Source: an uncultured Cytophagales bacterium (GTDB lineage: Bacteria; Bacteroidota; Bacteroidia; Cytophagales; UBA9547). From it: DNA of 64,000 nt. This document shows, in pieces, positions 38,140 through 47,764 of the stretch; within the stretch, counting starts at the first letter, position 1, and the number at the start of each line of letters is the position of its first letter. The notes beneath the pieces are model-generated. The model made no database searches. It saw only the letters and a list, made by a program, of their open reading frames with translations, and had not been told where the DNA came from. The position numbers and the translations under genes are program-made. Location: contig CAMFLX010000007.1 in the NCBI GenBank assembly GCA_945957555.1, positions 20,784 to 84,783 of the forward strand. Reading direction: 5' to 3'.

Positions 38140-38331
38140 TTAAACCTTCTTTACATTCACCGCGTTCTCACCTTTTTTCCCTTCTGTTACCTCGTAGGAA
38201 ACGGTGTCATTCTCTTTTACTTTGTCGATCAAGCCCGTTATGTGTACGAACACCTCGTTACCCGATGCATTGTCTTTAATGAAACCATAACCTTTTTGTT
38301 CATTAAAGAACTTAATTGTACCTACATTCAT
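38140..38331 (-). CDS. Cold-shock protein (CspA family)
   Basis: 63 aa. GTIKFFNEQKGYGFIKD......VFVH carries the RNP1 and RNP2 motifs. Confidence 0.9.
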   Translation of the reverse strand: MNVGTIKFFNEQKGYGFIKDNASGNEVFVHITGLIDKVKENDTVSYEVTEGKKGENAVNVKKV

Positions 38332-38434
38332 AAAATTATTAATATTAACAGACCTAAATGTACAAATTGATCTTGGAAAAGCAAAATAATTTTAAAAATA
38401 TTTTAAGGCCAATATAAGTGATTCTATTAGTAAT

Positions 38435-39859
38435 TTACAGTTCAGAAATCCGCAATAAAAGACGTTCTATTTTTTTCTTTATAACGGCATTGTCGGCTTT
38501 GAAGTTGTTGATAAATATGGCAAAACTCATCAATGTGCCGTTTTGAGCCGTAATATAGCCTGCATATGAGCTGATGCCATCCATATTGCCACTTTTTGCT
38601 CTTAGATTGCCTTCCAATCGAGTACCTTTGCCCATATTGGATAAGGTTCCATTTCCCCCGGAGCAGGATAAGCTATTGTAAAATAAAGGAAACCAAGCTT
38701 TTTGGGTAATATTGGAAAGGAGCATACTCATTAAATTAGGACTACACATGTTTGCAGGAGAAATGCCTGAACCATCGCAGATGTTGAGCTGTGACGAATC
38801 TAACTTTAGTGAATTGACGAATCTATTCAAGATTTTAGTGCCGCGTTCATTTAATGCCATTCCCGTTTTTTCTAGAGCAATAGCCCTGATAAGGGCTTCA
38901 GCATAGATATTGATGCTAAACAAATTAGTTTGAGTTACAATTTCTGAAAGAACAGGAGATTGGGATTCCCAAATAACAGTTTTAGGCATGATTGGTTTTG
39001 ATTGGTAAGTTACATGTCCTGTAATTGTAATATTGTTTTCAGTAAGAGCTTTCATCAGTTCCGTGCCGAAATATTCTAATGGATTCGGTATGGCTCCTTT
39101 TATGGTGTAGGGTTCTGTATTGGGAGGTAAAGTGCCTTTGATAAATCCGTAGTTGGAATATGGAGCACAGTATATGTAGGCTTCATCTGTCTTGCCTCCA
39201 ATCGTTACTTTGTTGTCCAATCGTAAATTTAAGGAGGGTTCTATTTTAATAATATTAGTACTGTCGCCCAATTGTTTTGTCCTTGAAAATGTCACCCTGT
39301 AGATGTTTTCATCTATGTTTAAGGGCCAAACTGCTCCCCCATAGTAATTTCCAAGATCGAGCCAATAGGTTTTTGGGGAAAGTGGATTAATCTCGAATGA
39401 TGAAATGTCGTATACAATATTACCCGTGATAGCCTTGATCTGCCTTTCCTTGAGTCTTGTAATGATTTGGGCTAAAATATCTTTAATGTTCTTTTGATAG
39501 CGTGCACTGGCAAAGGTAGGGTCACCTGTCCCACGAATAACCAAATCTCCCTTTAACTCGCCCATGGATATGTCAGAATTAGTAAAGAGAATCGTTTTGA
39601 ATCTGTATTTATCTCCAAGATATTCTAATGCACCTGCGGTAGTGAGAAGTTTGAGGCTAGATGCTGTACTAAACCACTTTTTATGTTGATATTCATATAT
39701 GGCTTTTTGAGTTTTTGTGTTCACTACAGAAAAACCAATATGGGCGTTTTCAAGATCTTTATCGTTAAGTAAATTGTTAAATTCCTTTTCGAGAGTTTCT
39801 TGTGACATGAGCACTAAACTTGAAAGGCCCATTAAAATAATGTAGATTCGCAAGATCAT
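38435..39859 (-). CDS. dacB: D-alanyl-D-alanine carboxypeptidase/endopeptidase, PBP4 (peptidase S13) family
   Basis: 474 aa with a signal peptide. The SxxK motif appears as ASSLK and the KTG-equivalent as AKSGNMDG. The overall length is typical of PBP4. Confidence 0.75.
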   Translation of the reverse strand: MILRIYIILMGLSSLVLMSQETLEKEFNNLLNDKDLENAHIGFSVVNTKTQKAIYEYQHKKWFSTASSLKLLTTAGALEYLGDKYRFKTILFTNSDISMGELKGDLVIRGTGDPTFASARYQKNIKDILAQIITRLKERQIKAITGNIVYDISSFEINPLSPKTYWLDLGNYYGGAVWPLNIDENIYRVTFSRTKQLGDSTNIIKIEPSLNLRLDNKVTIGGKTDEAYIYCAPYSNYGFIKGTLPPNTEPYTIKGAIPNPLEYFGTELMKALTENNITITGHVTYQSKPIMPKTVIWESQSPVLSEIVTQTNLFSINIYAEALIRAIALEKTGMALNERGTKILNRFVNSLKLDSSQLNICDGSGISPANMCSPNLMSMLLSNITQKAWFPLFYNSLSCSGGNGTLSNMGKGTRLEGNLRAKSGNMDGISSYAGYITAQNGTLMSFAIFINNFKADNAVIKKKIERLLLRISEL

Positions 39860-40174
39860 TAGGCAAAGATGCTAAAAAACACTGATGAATCACTACAAAC
39901 TTATACTGCGTCGCTAAAAAATTGATATAAGCGAGCTATTTTAAATATTATTCAATATATTGGTTTATGTTCTATTTTTCGATTTTTATTCACTGAGATA
40001 ATTTTAAATATTTTTAAAGTATACATTCTGATATTTTCTGGTTTTTATAAAAGGAAATTTGAGCTAGAAAAATACTTTATGGGAAAAATAATATAATTAA
40101 AAAGTGAAAAATGATAAAATGTAATAACATATTTTAATTAACTTCGTAATAAAAAACGTTCCCTACGGCAGCTT

Positions 40175-41518
40175 ATGAGCAATACCCGAATTTTTATTGT
40201 AGAAGATGATAAGTTTTACTGCTCTTTGTTAGATCATCATCTTTCTCTAAACCCAGATTATGAAGTGCATAAGTTCAGCACTGGCAAAGAATGTCTTACA
40301 AATTTATATCTAAATCCAGATGTAATAACTTTAGATTATTCATTACCCGATACCACAGGATATGATATACTGAGGAAAATAAAATCAAATAATAAAGATG
40401 TACCAGTCATAATTGTTTCTGGTCAGGAAGATGTGGGCACTGCAGTTGAGCTTCTCAAAGAAGGTGCTTACGATTATATTATTAAAGATGAAAATACCCA
40501 CAGTAAATTATGGAGCTCTTTAATTAAGATCAAGGAGAATTTAGTCTTAAAGAAGGAACTTATAGAGTTGAGGGAAGAGGTCTCTCAAAAATACACTTTT
40601 GAGAAAGCTATTAAAGGAAATAGTCAATGTATAAAAAAGATATTTGCATTGATGGAAAAGGCTGCCCAAAGTAATATTACGGTTTCTGTGACAGGAGAGA
40701 CAGGTACGGGCAAGGAGGTTGTGGCAAAAGCTATACATTATAACTCCTCCAGAAGTACCAAGCCATTTGTGGCGGTTAATATGGGAGCAATACCCAAAGA
40801 TTTAGCAGAGAGCGAACTTTTTGGCTATGAAAAGGGTGCATTTACTGGAGCTAACACTAGAAGGGTTGGAAAGTTTGAAGAAGCAAGTCAAGGTACGATT
40901 TTCTTGGATGAAATCGCAGAAATGGATATGAATCTTCAATCCAAGATCTTAAGGGTCATTCAAGAAAGGGAGGTTACTCGAGTAGGGGGGAGCGGAAGTG
41001 TAAAACTTGATGTTAGAATTATTGTAGCTACACATAGAAATTTATTAGAAGAGGTAAAGAAAGGTAATTTCAGAGAAGATTTATATTATAGACTTTTGGG
41101 GTTACCTATAGAGCTTCCTCCTCTTAGGGAACGCGAAAAAGATGTTCTGGTAATTGCCAAATATTTTGTGGAAGAATTTTGCAAACAGAATAAAATGACA
41201 AAGAAACATTTGGATGTTTCTGCTCAAGAAAAGTTACTAACATATTCGTTTCCTGGAAATATAAGAGAACTTAAGGCGATAGTGGAGTTGGCTGTAGTGC
41301 TTTCTGATGGCGACGAAATCAGTGCTGCGGATATTAGAACAAATCCTGTAATGAACACTGATAATTTATTCAAACAGGAGTGTTCGTTAAGAGAATACAA
41401 CATTAACATTATCAAATATTATATGGAAAAGTATGATAATGATGTGTTGTTGGTCGCTCAAAAATTGGATATTGGGAAATCTACGATTTATCGAATGATT
41501 AAAAATAAAGAAATTTAA
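40175..41518 (+). CDS. Sigma-54-dependent (NtrC/ZraR-type) response regulator: REC + AAA+ + Fis-type HTH
   Basis: The REC domain has the acceptor context ITLDYSLPD. The AAA+ domain shows GETGTGKE, the GAFTGA loop (EKGAFTGA), and FLDEI and RVIQERE motifs. The C-terminal HTH reads ..VAQKLDIGKSTIYRMIK. Confidence 0.85.
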   Translation: MSNTRIFIVEDDKFYCSLLDHHLSLNPDYEVHKFSTGKECLTNLYLNPDVITLDYSLPDTTGYDILRKIKSNNKDVPVIIVSGQEDVGTAVELLKEGAYDYIIKDENTHSKLWSSLIKIKENLVLKKELIELREEVSQKYTFEKAIKGNSQCIKKIFALMEKAAQSNITVSVTGETGTGKEVVAKAIHYNSSRSTKPFVAVNMGAIPKDLAESELFGYEKGAFTGANTRRVGKFEEASQGTIFLDEIAEMDMNLQSKILRVIQEREVTRVGGSGSVKLDVRIIVATHRNLLEEVKKGNFREDLYYRLLGLPIELPPLREREKDVLVIAKYFVEEFCKQNKMTKKHLDVSAQEKLLTYSFPGNIRELKAIVELAVVLSDGDEISAADIRTNPVMNTDNLFKQECSLREYNINIIKYYMEKYDNDVLLVAQKLDIGKSTIYRMIKNKEI

Positions 41519-41523
41519 TCAAA

Positions 41524-41880
41524 GTGAAAAAAAGCTCAGATCAAGAACCTCTTTTCAGCACAGATAAACTTTATTCATTGTCTAAAGGTAATGAGGAATT
41601 TGTTAAGAAAATGATAAAGTTGTTTATTGAAACGGTGCCTGAAAATATAAAAAAAATGAAGGATTCGTTAGATAGTCAAGATTTTAAGACATTAAAGAAT
41701 GTCGCTCATACTATGAAACCTAATTTGGATATGTTTGATATAAAGTGCTTATATTTACCTATAAGAAAAGTTGAGGAAAATGCAGTAAATCCAGAAAATA
41801 TTGATGCATTAAAGGATGATGTGGACCTCGTTGTTAATACCTTGGATAAAGTGATGAAAGAACTGGCAAAGTTGTGCTAA
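41524..41880 (+). CDS. Hpt (histidine phosphotransfer) domain protein
   Basis: 118 aa with a GTG start 5 nt after the regulator stop. The pattern ..EFVKKMIKLFIETVPENIKKMKDSL...DFKTLKNVAHTMKPNLDMF carries the H-x-x-K phosphotransfer motif. Confidence 0.7.
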   Translation: MKKSSDQEPLFSTDKLYSLSKGNEEFVKKMIKLFIETVPENIKKMKDSLDSQDFKTLKNVAHTMKPNLDMFDIKCLYLPIRKVEENAVNPENIDALKDDVDLVVNTLDKVMKELAKLC

Positions 41881-42959
41881 TCCACTAATATTTTTTTGAT
41901 GTTTTCTGAGAATTTTCCAGGGTTGAAATCATCTACCCTGAGTGCTGCATTTTTACTAAGCCCATCATACAATTGTTTATTTGTGGCAAGTTCATTTATA
42001 GTTCGAATGAGTTCTTCTACATTGTTCATATTGATGTGATATCCATTATCATTTGTGACAATTTCAGCTATGCCTCCTACAGGAGGTACTATAACAGGAA
42101 GATGGTACGCAAAAGCTTCTATAGCTGTAAGACCAAAGGTCTCAATCCATAGTTGAGGATCTGAAAGATTCAATATTAGACTTGCATTTTTATAAAACTC
42201 ATGAACATCTTTTTGAACCGGATGTATTTCAATGTTTTTGGGTATAATTTGTTCCATGAAGTATTTGTCAACTTCCGCTTTAGAGGCATTTACAACTAGT
42301 GTAAATTTAAATAAGGGTAATCGTCTTGACAATTCCAAGAATGTATCCACGCCTTTATATTTTTTTAAAGAACATAGCATTAGCACATTGAAGTTGTCGA
42401 TGTTAAGTTGACGGGTTTGGTTAGCTTTTTCGAGAAAATCATGATCTAATGCATTATAAATGACTAAGCTGTTTACGCTTTTTAAAGGCTCTGTTTGTAA
42501 CAAATATTGAGAGACATAGATGGCTTTACCTGCTGTTTTTTGTGCAATGTACTTAAGGAATTGTTTAAGTAGTGGAGGTTTTATAGACGTTTCGTGTATG
42601 TGGTATATGATGTTGCAACCTTTGATTTTTCCAATTAAGGCGGCTCCAAATGGGAGGAGTGTATTGATGTACACCGTATCATTTCTGTTGAGTTTAAAAG
42701 CCAGTTTAAGAATGATCGTTAATTGTACTTTTAAGAGCCTGAAGAGGGTAATTAGCTTGTTGGGAGACCATTGGTATGAAATATAATTATACTTAACTGC
42801 TTTCGAACTTAAAAAACCTGAGCTGTTTGAAGTGAAAATCTCTATATCATAACCGTCTTGACACGCAATATCTATTATTTGCGATAAAACTTTTGGACTC
42901 CCACTAAAGTCATTTAATAAATGAATAAAAAATATTCTCCTCTTAGCGGATGTTTTCAT
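41877..42959 (-). CDS. GT-B glycosyltransferase (family 4/1-like)
   Basis: 360 aa. The C-terminal half has the E-x7-E-like region (ETFGLTAIEAFAYHLPVIVPPVGG.AEIV). Confidence 0.75.
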   Translation of the reverse strand: MKTSAKRRIFFIHLLNDFSGSPKVLSQIIDIACQDGYDIEIFTSNSSGFLSSKAVKYNYISYQWSPNKLITLFRLLKVQLTIILKLAFKLNRNDTVYINTLLPFGAALIGKIKGCNIIYHIHETSIKPPLLKQFLKYIAQKTAGKAIYVSQYLLQTEPLKSVNSLVIYNALDHDFLEKANQTRQLNIDNFNVLMLCSLKKYKGVDTFLELSRRLPLFKFTLVVNASKAEVDKYFMEQIIPKNIEIHPVQKDVHEFYKNASLILNLSDPQLWIETFGLTAIEAFAYHLPVIVPPVGGIAEIVTNDNGYHINMNNVEELIRTINELATNKQLYDGLSKNAALRVDDFNPGKFSENIKKILVD

Positions 42960-44163
42960 AGATCGTTTTTATTAAATCACCTTTGGTGTTCCAATCATGG
43001 AATTTGTTGAAATGTTCCTTGGCTGCCAATGACATTCTTACGAGTTCCTCCTGATTTTTGTAGAGCCTTAGTAAGGCCATGGAAAGTTCTTCTACTGACT
43101 TGCTATATTGTTTGTAAGACACTTTTATGCCACACTCTGTAGAAACCATATCTCCAGGGCCTGGATTGTCAAAGCAAATCACAGGAAGTCCATACGATAA
43201 TGCTTCAGGAATTACCATGCCAGCTCCTTCATGAGATGGAAAAAGAAAGACTGAAGATTGAGCATATAACTCCGATACTTTTTCCATAGGTAGCCAACCC
43301 ATAAATTCTACGGAATGCTCTATTTTATGTGTTTTGCATTCATGCTTTAAGTACGATTCCAAAGGTCCTTTACCTAAGAGCTGAAGTCCGACATTTTTTT
43401 TCTCTTCTTGGTTAAGCATATCGTAAAATTTTGCGAATGCTAGTATCGTTAAATCGAATCCTTTTAATGGAACAAACCTTCCTGATGACAGTACAATAAA
43501 TCTTGTCTTGCGTACTTGTGAATGAATAGGCTTAGTTGCCCCTACGGCCGGAAGTAGCAAGATCTTGTCGATAGCATTCTTATGAAATCGCTCTACAGCT
43601 CTATTAACTGCTAATATTTTTTCTGCCCTATTTCTGCAGATTCTTATAAATGGGTCTATGAATAGGAGCGTCCTTTTCATGGAATATTTCAAGACATCTT
43701 TAATACGTTCTTTGAATGGGTATTTTTGTAAGTATTCACTTTTTATAGGGGGGTGATGCCCAATTGGACCCCAAACTAAAGGTTTCTGGAGTATCCAGAG
43801 AAATGATGGGATCCAATCATTATGAAAGTTGAGGTTGTGTGCAATATCAAAACTTATTTTATTTTTTTTGATAAACCAAGGCATAAACAACTGCCATAAA
43901 TAGAAGTACAGCAACGCACCTCTCTCTCCCTTTTTCCAAAATCTAGCCCAAGTGGGTAGGTCAAAATAGTAGAATTGAATATATAGGTGGTTTCTTGATG
44001 GGTTTTCTGCCATGTAGCGTTCTATATGTTCGCGGTTATTTTCTCTAGTAATGGCTATGACATGGTTAAATCGGGCAATCTGATAGATCCAGTTCCAGCC
44101 AGTACCGTCTTCTGATCCCTTGTAAGGGTTCACTGCATAAGATGTAATTAGTATTTTTTTCAA
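42943..44163 (-). CDS. GT-B glycosyltransferase (family 4/1-like)
   Basis: 406 aa. SHEGAGMVIPEALSYGLPVICFDNPGPGDMV is present. It overlaps the downstream GT gene by 17 nt. Confidence 0.7.
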   Translation of the reverse strand: MKKILITSYAVNPYKGSEDGTGWNWIYQIARFNHVIAITRENNREHIERYMAENPSRNHLYIQFYYFDLPTWARFWKKGERGALLYFYLWQLFMPWFIKKNKISFDIAHNLNFHNDWIPSFLWILQKPLVWGPIGHHPPIKSEYLQKYPFKERIKDVLKYSMKRTLLFIDPFIRICRNRAEKILAVNRAVERFHKNAIDKILLLPAVGATKPIHSQVRKTRFIVLSSGRFVPLKGFDLTILAFAKFYDMLNQEEKKNVGLQLLGKGPLESYLKHECKTHKIEHSVEFMGWLPMEKVSELYAQSSVFLFPSHEGAGMVIPEALSYGLPVICFDNPGPGDMVSTECGIKVSYKQYSKSVEELSMALLRLYKNQEELVRMSLAAKEHFNKFHDWNTKGDLIKTIYENIR

Positions 44164-44173
44164 TGTTTGTAGA

Positions 44174-44890
44174 TTATTGCTCGATTTCTGTGGTTCGTGG
44201 TTTCAATACTTTAGCAGGTATTCCGCCAATGATAACGTTCGGTGGCATAGACTTGGTGACTACTGCACCAGCAGCAATTACGCAGTTGTCTCCAATTTGT
44301 ACTCCATCAAGGATAGTCACTTTGGCCCCAATCCAACAGTTTTTCCCTATTTTAATACCCTGTCTAGTTGTACCTTGAAATCTAATAGGTATTTCAGGGT
44401 CGTTATAGATGTGGTTTTCTGGGTGACAGCTTAAATACTGGCCAATAATGCATTCGTCTCCTATTTCAAGTCCCCCAGCTCCCCCCAAATATGCATATTC
44501 CCCAATTCCTACATTATTTCCAATCATAATGTGAGATCCAATATTGTTATAAGATGTTGAAATGATTAGCCTACTATATGCTCCAATTCCCACATTGTTT
44601 CCAATACTAATATTTCCTTTGCCTAAGCCTGATAGCAGTGTATGGTCGTCTATTTTTACGAATTTGCCCCAGTTGATATGTGATATATATTGAAATCGTA
44701 CACCTCTCCCCACCATTATCCAGTTAGGATATTTAAACCTAAATATCAATATACAGCCCCTTAGTAAGCAGATTAATTTCCCCGTAAATAATTCTATAAC
44801 CATTGCAATACTCACAGATTTGTCGAACTCAAATCTTGGGTTCCTTAATTTGATTAGCTTTTCAAGAATCCGTATCATGTTCTTAAGCAA
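44174..44890 (-). CDS. Hexapeptide-repeat (left-handed beta-helix) O-acetyltransferase
   Basis: Repeated [LIV]-G-x4 hexapeptides are visible (IGNNVGIGAYS..IGNNVGIGEYA..IGKNCWIGAKV..IGDNCVIAAGAVV). It overlaps the upstream gene by 8 nt. Confidence 0.8.
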   Translation of the reverse strand: MLKNMIRILEKLIKLRNPRFEFDKSVSIAMVIELFTGKLICLLRGCILIFRFKYPNWIMVGRGVRFQYISHINWGKFVKIDDHTLLSGLGKGNISIGNNVGIGAYSRLIISTSYNNIGSHIMIGNNVGIGEYAYLGGAGGLEIGDECIIGQYLSCHPENHIYNDPEIPIRFQGTTRQGIKIGKNCWIGAKVTILDGVQIGDNCVIAAGAVVTKSMPPNVIIGGIPAKVLKPRTTEIEQ

Positions 44891-47513
44891 TTTTGGAGTA
44901 TTCGAATAAGATTTGTCCTAGCGTGGCATCTTTGTTAATGTTTTCGACAGCCATGTACCTACCAGTTGGGTACTGTTCTGAAAATTTGGAGAATGTACTT
45001 TGATATTTTTTGGTAAGTTGCTGTATCTCCTCTGCGCTTAATTCCTGTTTCCTCTCCAAGATTATTGCCTCAGGTGCATATAGCAATACATTGAGTAGTG
45101 GTTTTTTTATGAATTTGTAAAGGAAAGAAATAAAGCCTTCTGATAAATTGATGTTTGAACGTCTTGAGTCGTTAATGAAATCGAAATAATATCTATCATA
45201 GACTACTATGTAACCTCTTGAGATATATTTAAAGTAAACATACCACTGTCCTAATAAATAGTCAATATAATAGTAGCTAAATCGGAATAGAGAACTTATT
45301 ATGCTGTTGTTGTTTCCTTTTCTTGGGAGTGTTTCCGCTGCTATCTTTTCTGCCGCCTCTTTACCATGAATAAAGCTGCTTAAGATAGGGAGCAAGGATG
45401 GGCGATGTCTTAGTATTTTAACCTTTTTACGGAACATTACCTCCAAGTTTTCTTTTAATTCGTTAATTATGGTCGATTTGCCCGCGCCATCAACTCCGCT
45501 AAAGGTGATGATAGCACCTTTTTGAAAGAGCATTCGTTTTGCGGTATCTTTTACATAAATTAATTTATTTACGAATCGAAATAAAACACTATTACTTTTT
45601 TGGGATTTCAGATATCTGATTATGTCACCTCTTAATCTTTGATTGGGATTGTATATCTCTTCAAATTTGGTTAATCCCAAATCTAATTTCTCGTTAAAAT
45701 AGTCTATATATTCGAATTCATTGAATTTGTTAAAGAATTCCCTGTATTTTATTGGCCACGAAGCATTGTTAAGTTGATAAAAATACAGCAGATATTCAGC
45801 GTCATCCTTTTCTCGAGGAATCTTGATTCCTTCGTCGTTGGGTTCTGAATGATCGAGAACTTCTTGCATATCCATATATACAAGGTCTTTGCGTTTAAAT
45901 TCATGAATAAGGTCTAAATGCAAAAAACTCCCATCAATAAAATAGATATCAACGGAAGACATAAATGACTGTTGTAAAGTGTTAATAGTCCTAATTTTGC
46001 TATGCTTTTTAAGATATAGGATGACTTCTTTGATATCTTTGGCAGACATGGCAATGTCAAGGTCTGACGCCAAAGGCCAGTTTTGTGTGCCCCCATATAT
46101 ATTTCTCATTAGGGCGTATTTTTTGTCACCTAAAAAGGTAATGAATTCTTCAATGAATTCTTTTCTGAGTACATTTCTGTTTATTTGTAGCATTTCTTCA
46201 TCTATGAGATAAGTCCATGTCTTCACCAACCACTGAACCTGGGTGTGAAGTCTAGATTGTTTTTGGAAAATATTTAAATAGTGGGTAAAGTTTGTAATTA
46301 AATATAATCTATAGTTCAGTCTAACGTCTGTGTTATACTTTGAACTCAGTCGTAAGGTTTCACTACGTTTCATCCATGAATCAATTTTTTGTTTGATTAC
46401 GTGTGGGGGGGTATGATTTATAAGGACTTCTTTTTGTATCAAATAATGAAATGCATCAAAAAACAAAGGTGTTTGGTCTTGACTCAGTTCCCAATCATAA
46501 AGGTGCACATGTTCTTTACTTAAGTACATATTCCATGGGGTAAAGTCACCATGTCCAAGGCCAACCGTTATTTGTAAATGACTATTTATTTTTTTTGTTA
46601 GATTTTCTAAGGTTTCAAGGCAATATTTGTCAAATTTAAAGTCAGGAACAGTATTAAGGTAACTCAATTGTTTCAAAAGTTTTTCCCAAATGGGAAGCTT
46701 GGCAATGGTACTATGCGATACTGTATTCTGAATGATTTCATCTATTGCAAGGTCATGGAGTATTGTCCAATCATTTTGGTTATCCACCTTTTGGGGTTTT
46801 ACAGACCCATAGGCGACATTCTCACTATCAATAAACTTATGTATGTCAGGAGTTTTTACATAATGAAGTTTTATTTTTTTTATTTTGCATAACTGAGAAT
46901 ATTCATTTTGAAGACTCAAAGATGCATCATTAGTCATTGGTATTTTGATGAAATGAGTAGTCTGCCCCTTATTACTCACTTCTAATTGCATTTTTCTCAG
47001 AGGTCCTACAGTGCCCGTAAATATGGAATACTGATCATGTTTTAAGGTGTTCAACATTTGGTCAACGACGTTATCACCAGACTGATATAGGCTAAAGCCT
47101 CCCTGGAATAGTTTTTTCTGTAAGCCCAACTTGAATAAAAAGTGGGTTGCAGCTTTGTAAATTTTACTTTTTAAGCCTAGTGAGTTGTAAAAGTTTAGAT
47201 ATGAAGGAGTTTTGATTCCTCTGGGGAATACCCAACGTAGGGTGCCGTCTGGATTACAAATATAATTAAATTCATGTTGTATTTTGTTGAGACCTTCCAT
47301 AACAAGATTACTATGGATATCTAGATAATAGTCATATTTAATACTAGGAATAAATGAATCAGTATCTGTATAGATAAAAACTGATTTGTAGCCCGATTCG
47401 ATATTGTTGGTTATTTGAGATTCCATTTCGTCTTTTCTAATCGTAATTTGTAGATTAGAACCTAAAAACAAAGTGCACAATAATTTCCAGTCTTCGTTTG
47501 TAATATTTTTCAT
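44883..47513 (-). CDS. 876-aa multidomain protein: APH/choline-kinase-fold kinase + pol-beta-type nucleotidyltransferase-like segment + P-loop (dTMP-kinase-like) domain
   Basis: The Brenner-type motif GLGHGDFTPWNMY plus LYDWE lies at aa ~319-342. YGGTQNWPLASDLDIAM lies at aa ~473-489. The P-loop ITFSGVDGAGKST (aa ~669-681) is followed by a DRYYFD motif (aa ~773). It is the first gene of the minus-strand GT operon. Confidence 0.6.
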   Translation of the reverse strand: MKNITNEDWKLLCTLFLGSNLQITIRKDEMESQITNNIESGYKSVFIYTDTDSFIPSIKYDYYLDIHSNLVMEGLNKIQHEFNYICNPDGTLRWVFPRGIKTPSYLNFYNSLGLKSKIYKAATHFLFKLGLQKKLFQGGFSLYQSGDNVVDQMLNTLKHDQYSIFTGTVGPLRKMQLEVSNKGQTTHFIKIPMTNDASLSLQNEYSQLCKIKKIKLHYVKTPDIHKFIDSENVAYGSVKPQKVDNQNDWTILHDLAIDEIIQNTVSHSTIAKLPIWEKLLKQLSYLNTVPDFKFDKYCLETLENLTKKINSHLQITVGLGHGDFTPWNMYLSKEHVHLYDWELSQDQTPLFFDAFHYLIQKEVLINHTPPHVIKQKIDSWMKRSETLRLSSKYNTDVRLNYRLYLITNFTHYLNIFQKQSRLHTQVQWLVKTWTYLIDEEMLQINRNVLRKEFIEEFITFLGDKKYALMRNIYGGTQNWPLASDLDIAMSAKDIKEVILYLKKHSKIRTINTLQQSFMSSVDIYFIDGSFLHLDLIHEFKRKDLVYMDMQEVLDHSEPNDEGIKIPREKDDAEYLLYFYQLNNASWPIKYREFFNKFNEFEYIDYFNEKLDLGLTKFEEIYNPNQRLRGDIIRYLKSQKSNSVLFRFVNKLIYVKDTAKRMLFQKGAIITFSGVDGAGKSTIINELKENLEVMFRKKVKILRHRPSLLPILSSFIHGKEAAEKIAAETLPRKGNNNSIISSLFRFSYYYIDYLLGQWYVYFKYISRGYIVVYDRYYFDFINDSRRSNINLSEGFISFLYKFIKKPLLNVLLYAPEAIILERKQELSAEEIQQLTKKYQSTFSKFSEQYPTGRYMAVENINKDATLGQILFEYSKIA

Positions 47514-47537
47514 GACTCATACAATTTATCAAATTAG

Positions 47538-47553
47538 AGCCATTATTAAGCCA
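47538..47553 (-). promoter_or_regulatory. Weak sigma-54 (-24/-12)-like candidate promoter for the 876-aa gene operon
   Basis: The minus strand reads TGGCTT-AATAA-TGGCT, with GG-N10-GC spacing preserved, about 24 nt upstream of the ATG. It deviates from TGGCAC-N5-TTGC. Confidence 0.25.
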
Positions 47554-47608
47554 ATAATGTAATTGTTTGTAATACAATTTTTTATGTGGTTATTGGTGTG
47601 ATTTGTTT

Positions 47609-47621
47609 TCCCAAAATGGGA
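47609..47621. promoter_or_regulatory. Palindrome TCCCA-AAA-TGGGA (copy 1 of a recurring motif)
   Basis: It sits within TTTGTTTTCCCAAAATGGGATAG, in the divergent EPS control region. Confidence 0.4.
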
Positions 47622-47694
47622 TAGTTTGTTCTTTTTGTAGGAATATGTTAACTTGGAGTATCGTAGATTTGCCCTGTCTGAAAATGGTATTTTG

Positions 47695-47711
47695 TTTCCC
47701 ACAATGGGAAA
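47695..47711. promoter_or_regulatory. Palindrome TTTCCCA-CAA-TGGGAAA (copy 2)
   Basis: It sits within TTTGTTTCCCACAATGGGAAATC, about 87 bp from copy 1. Confidence 0.4.
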
Positions 47712-47764
47712 TCTTCAGAATGTTTTAGTTTCGCAACTTCTTAATATTTAGTATGATATATTAT

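Noticed and set aside
47609-47711. Invertible (phase-variable) promoter flanked by inverted repeats, as in Bacteroides capsule loci
   Set aside because: Each repeat is itself a short palindrome, which fits a dimeric DNA-binding protein or a hairpin. The arms are only 5-7 bp. No site-specific recombinase gene is present in the window. Only read-level evidence of both orientations could revive the idea.
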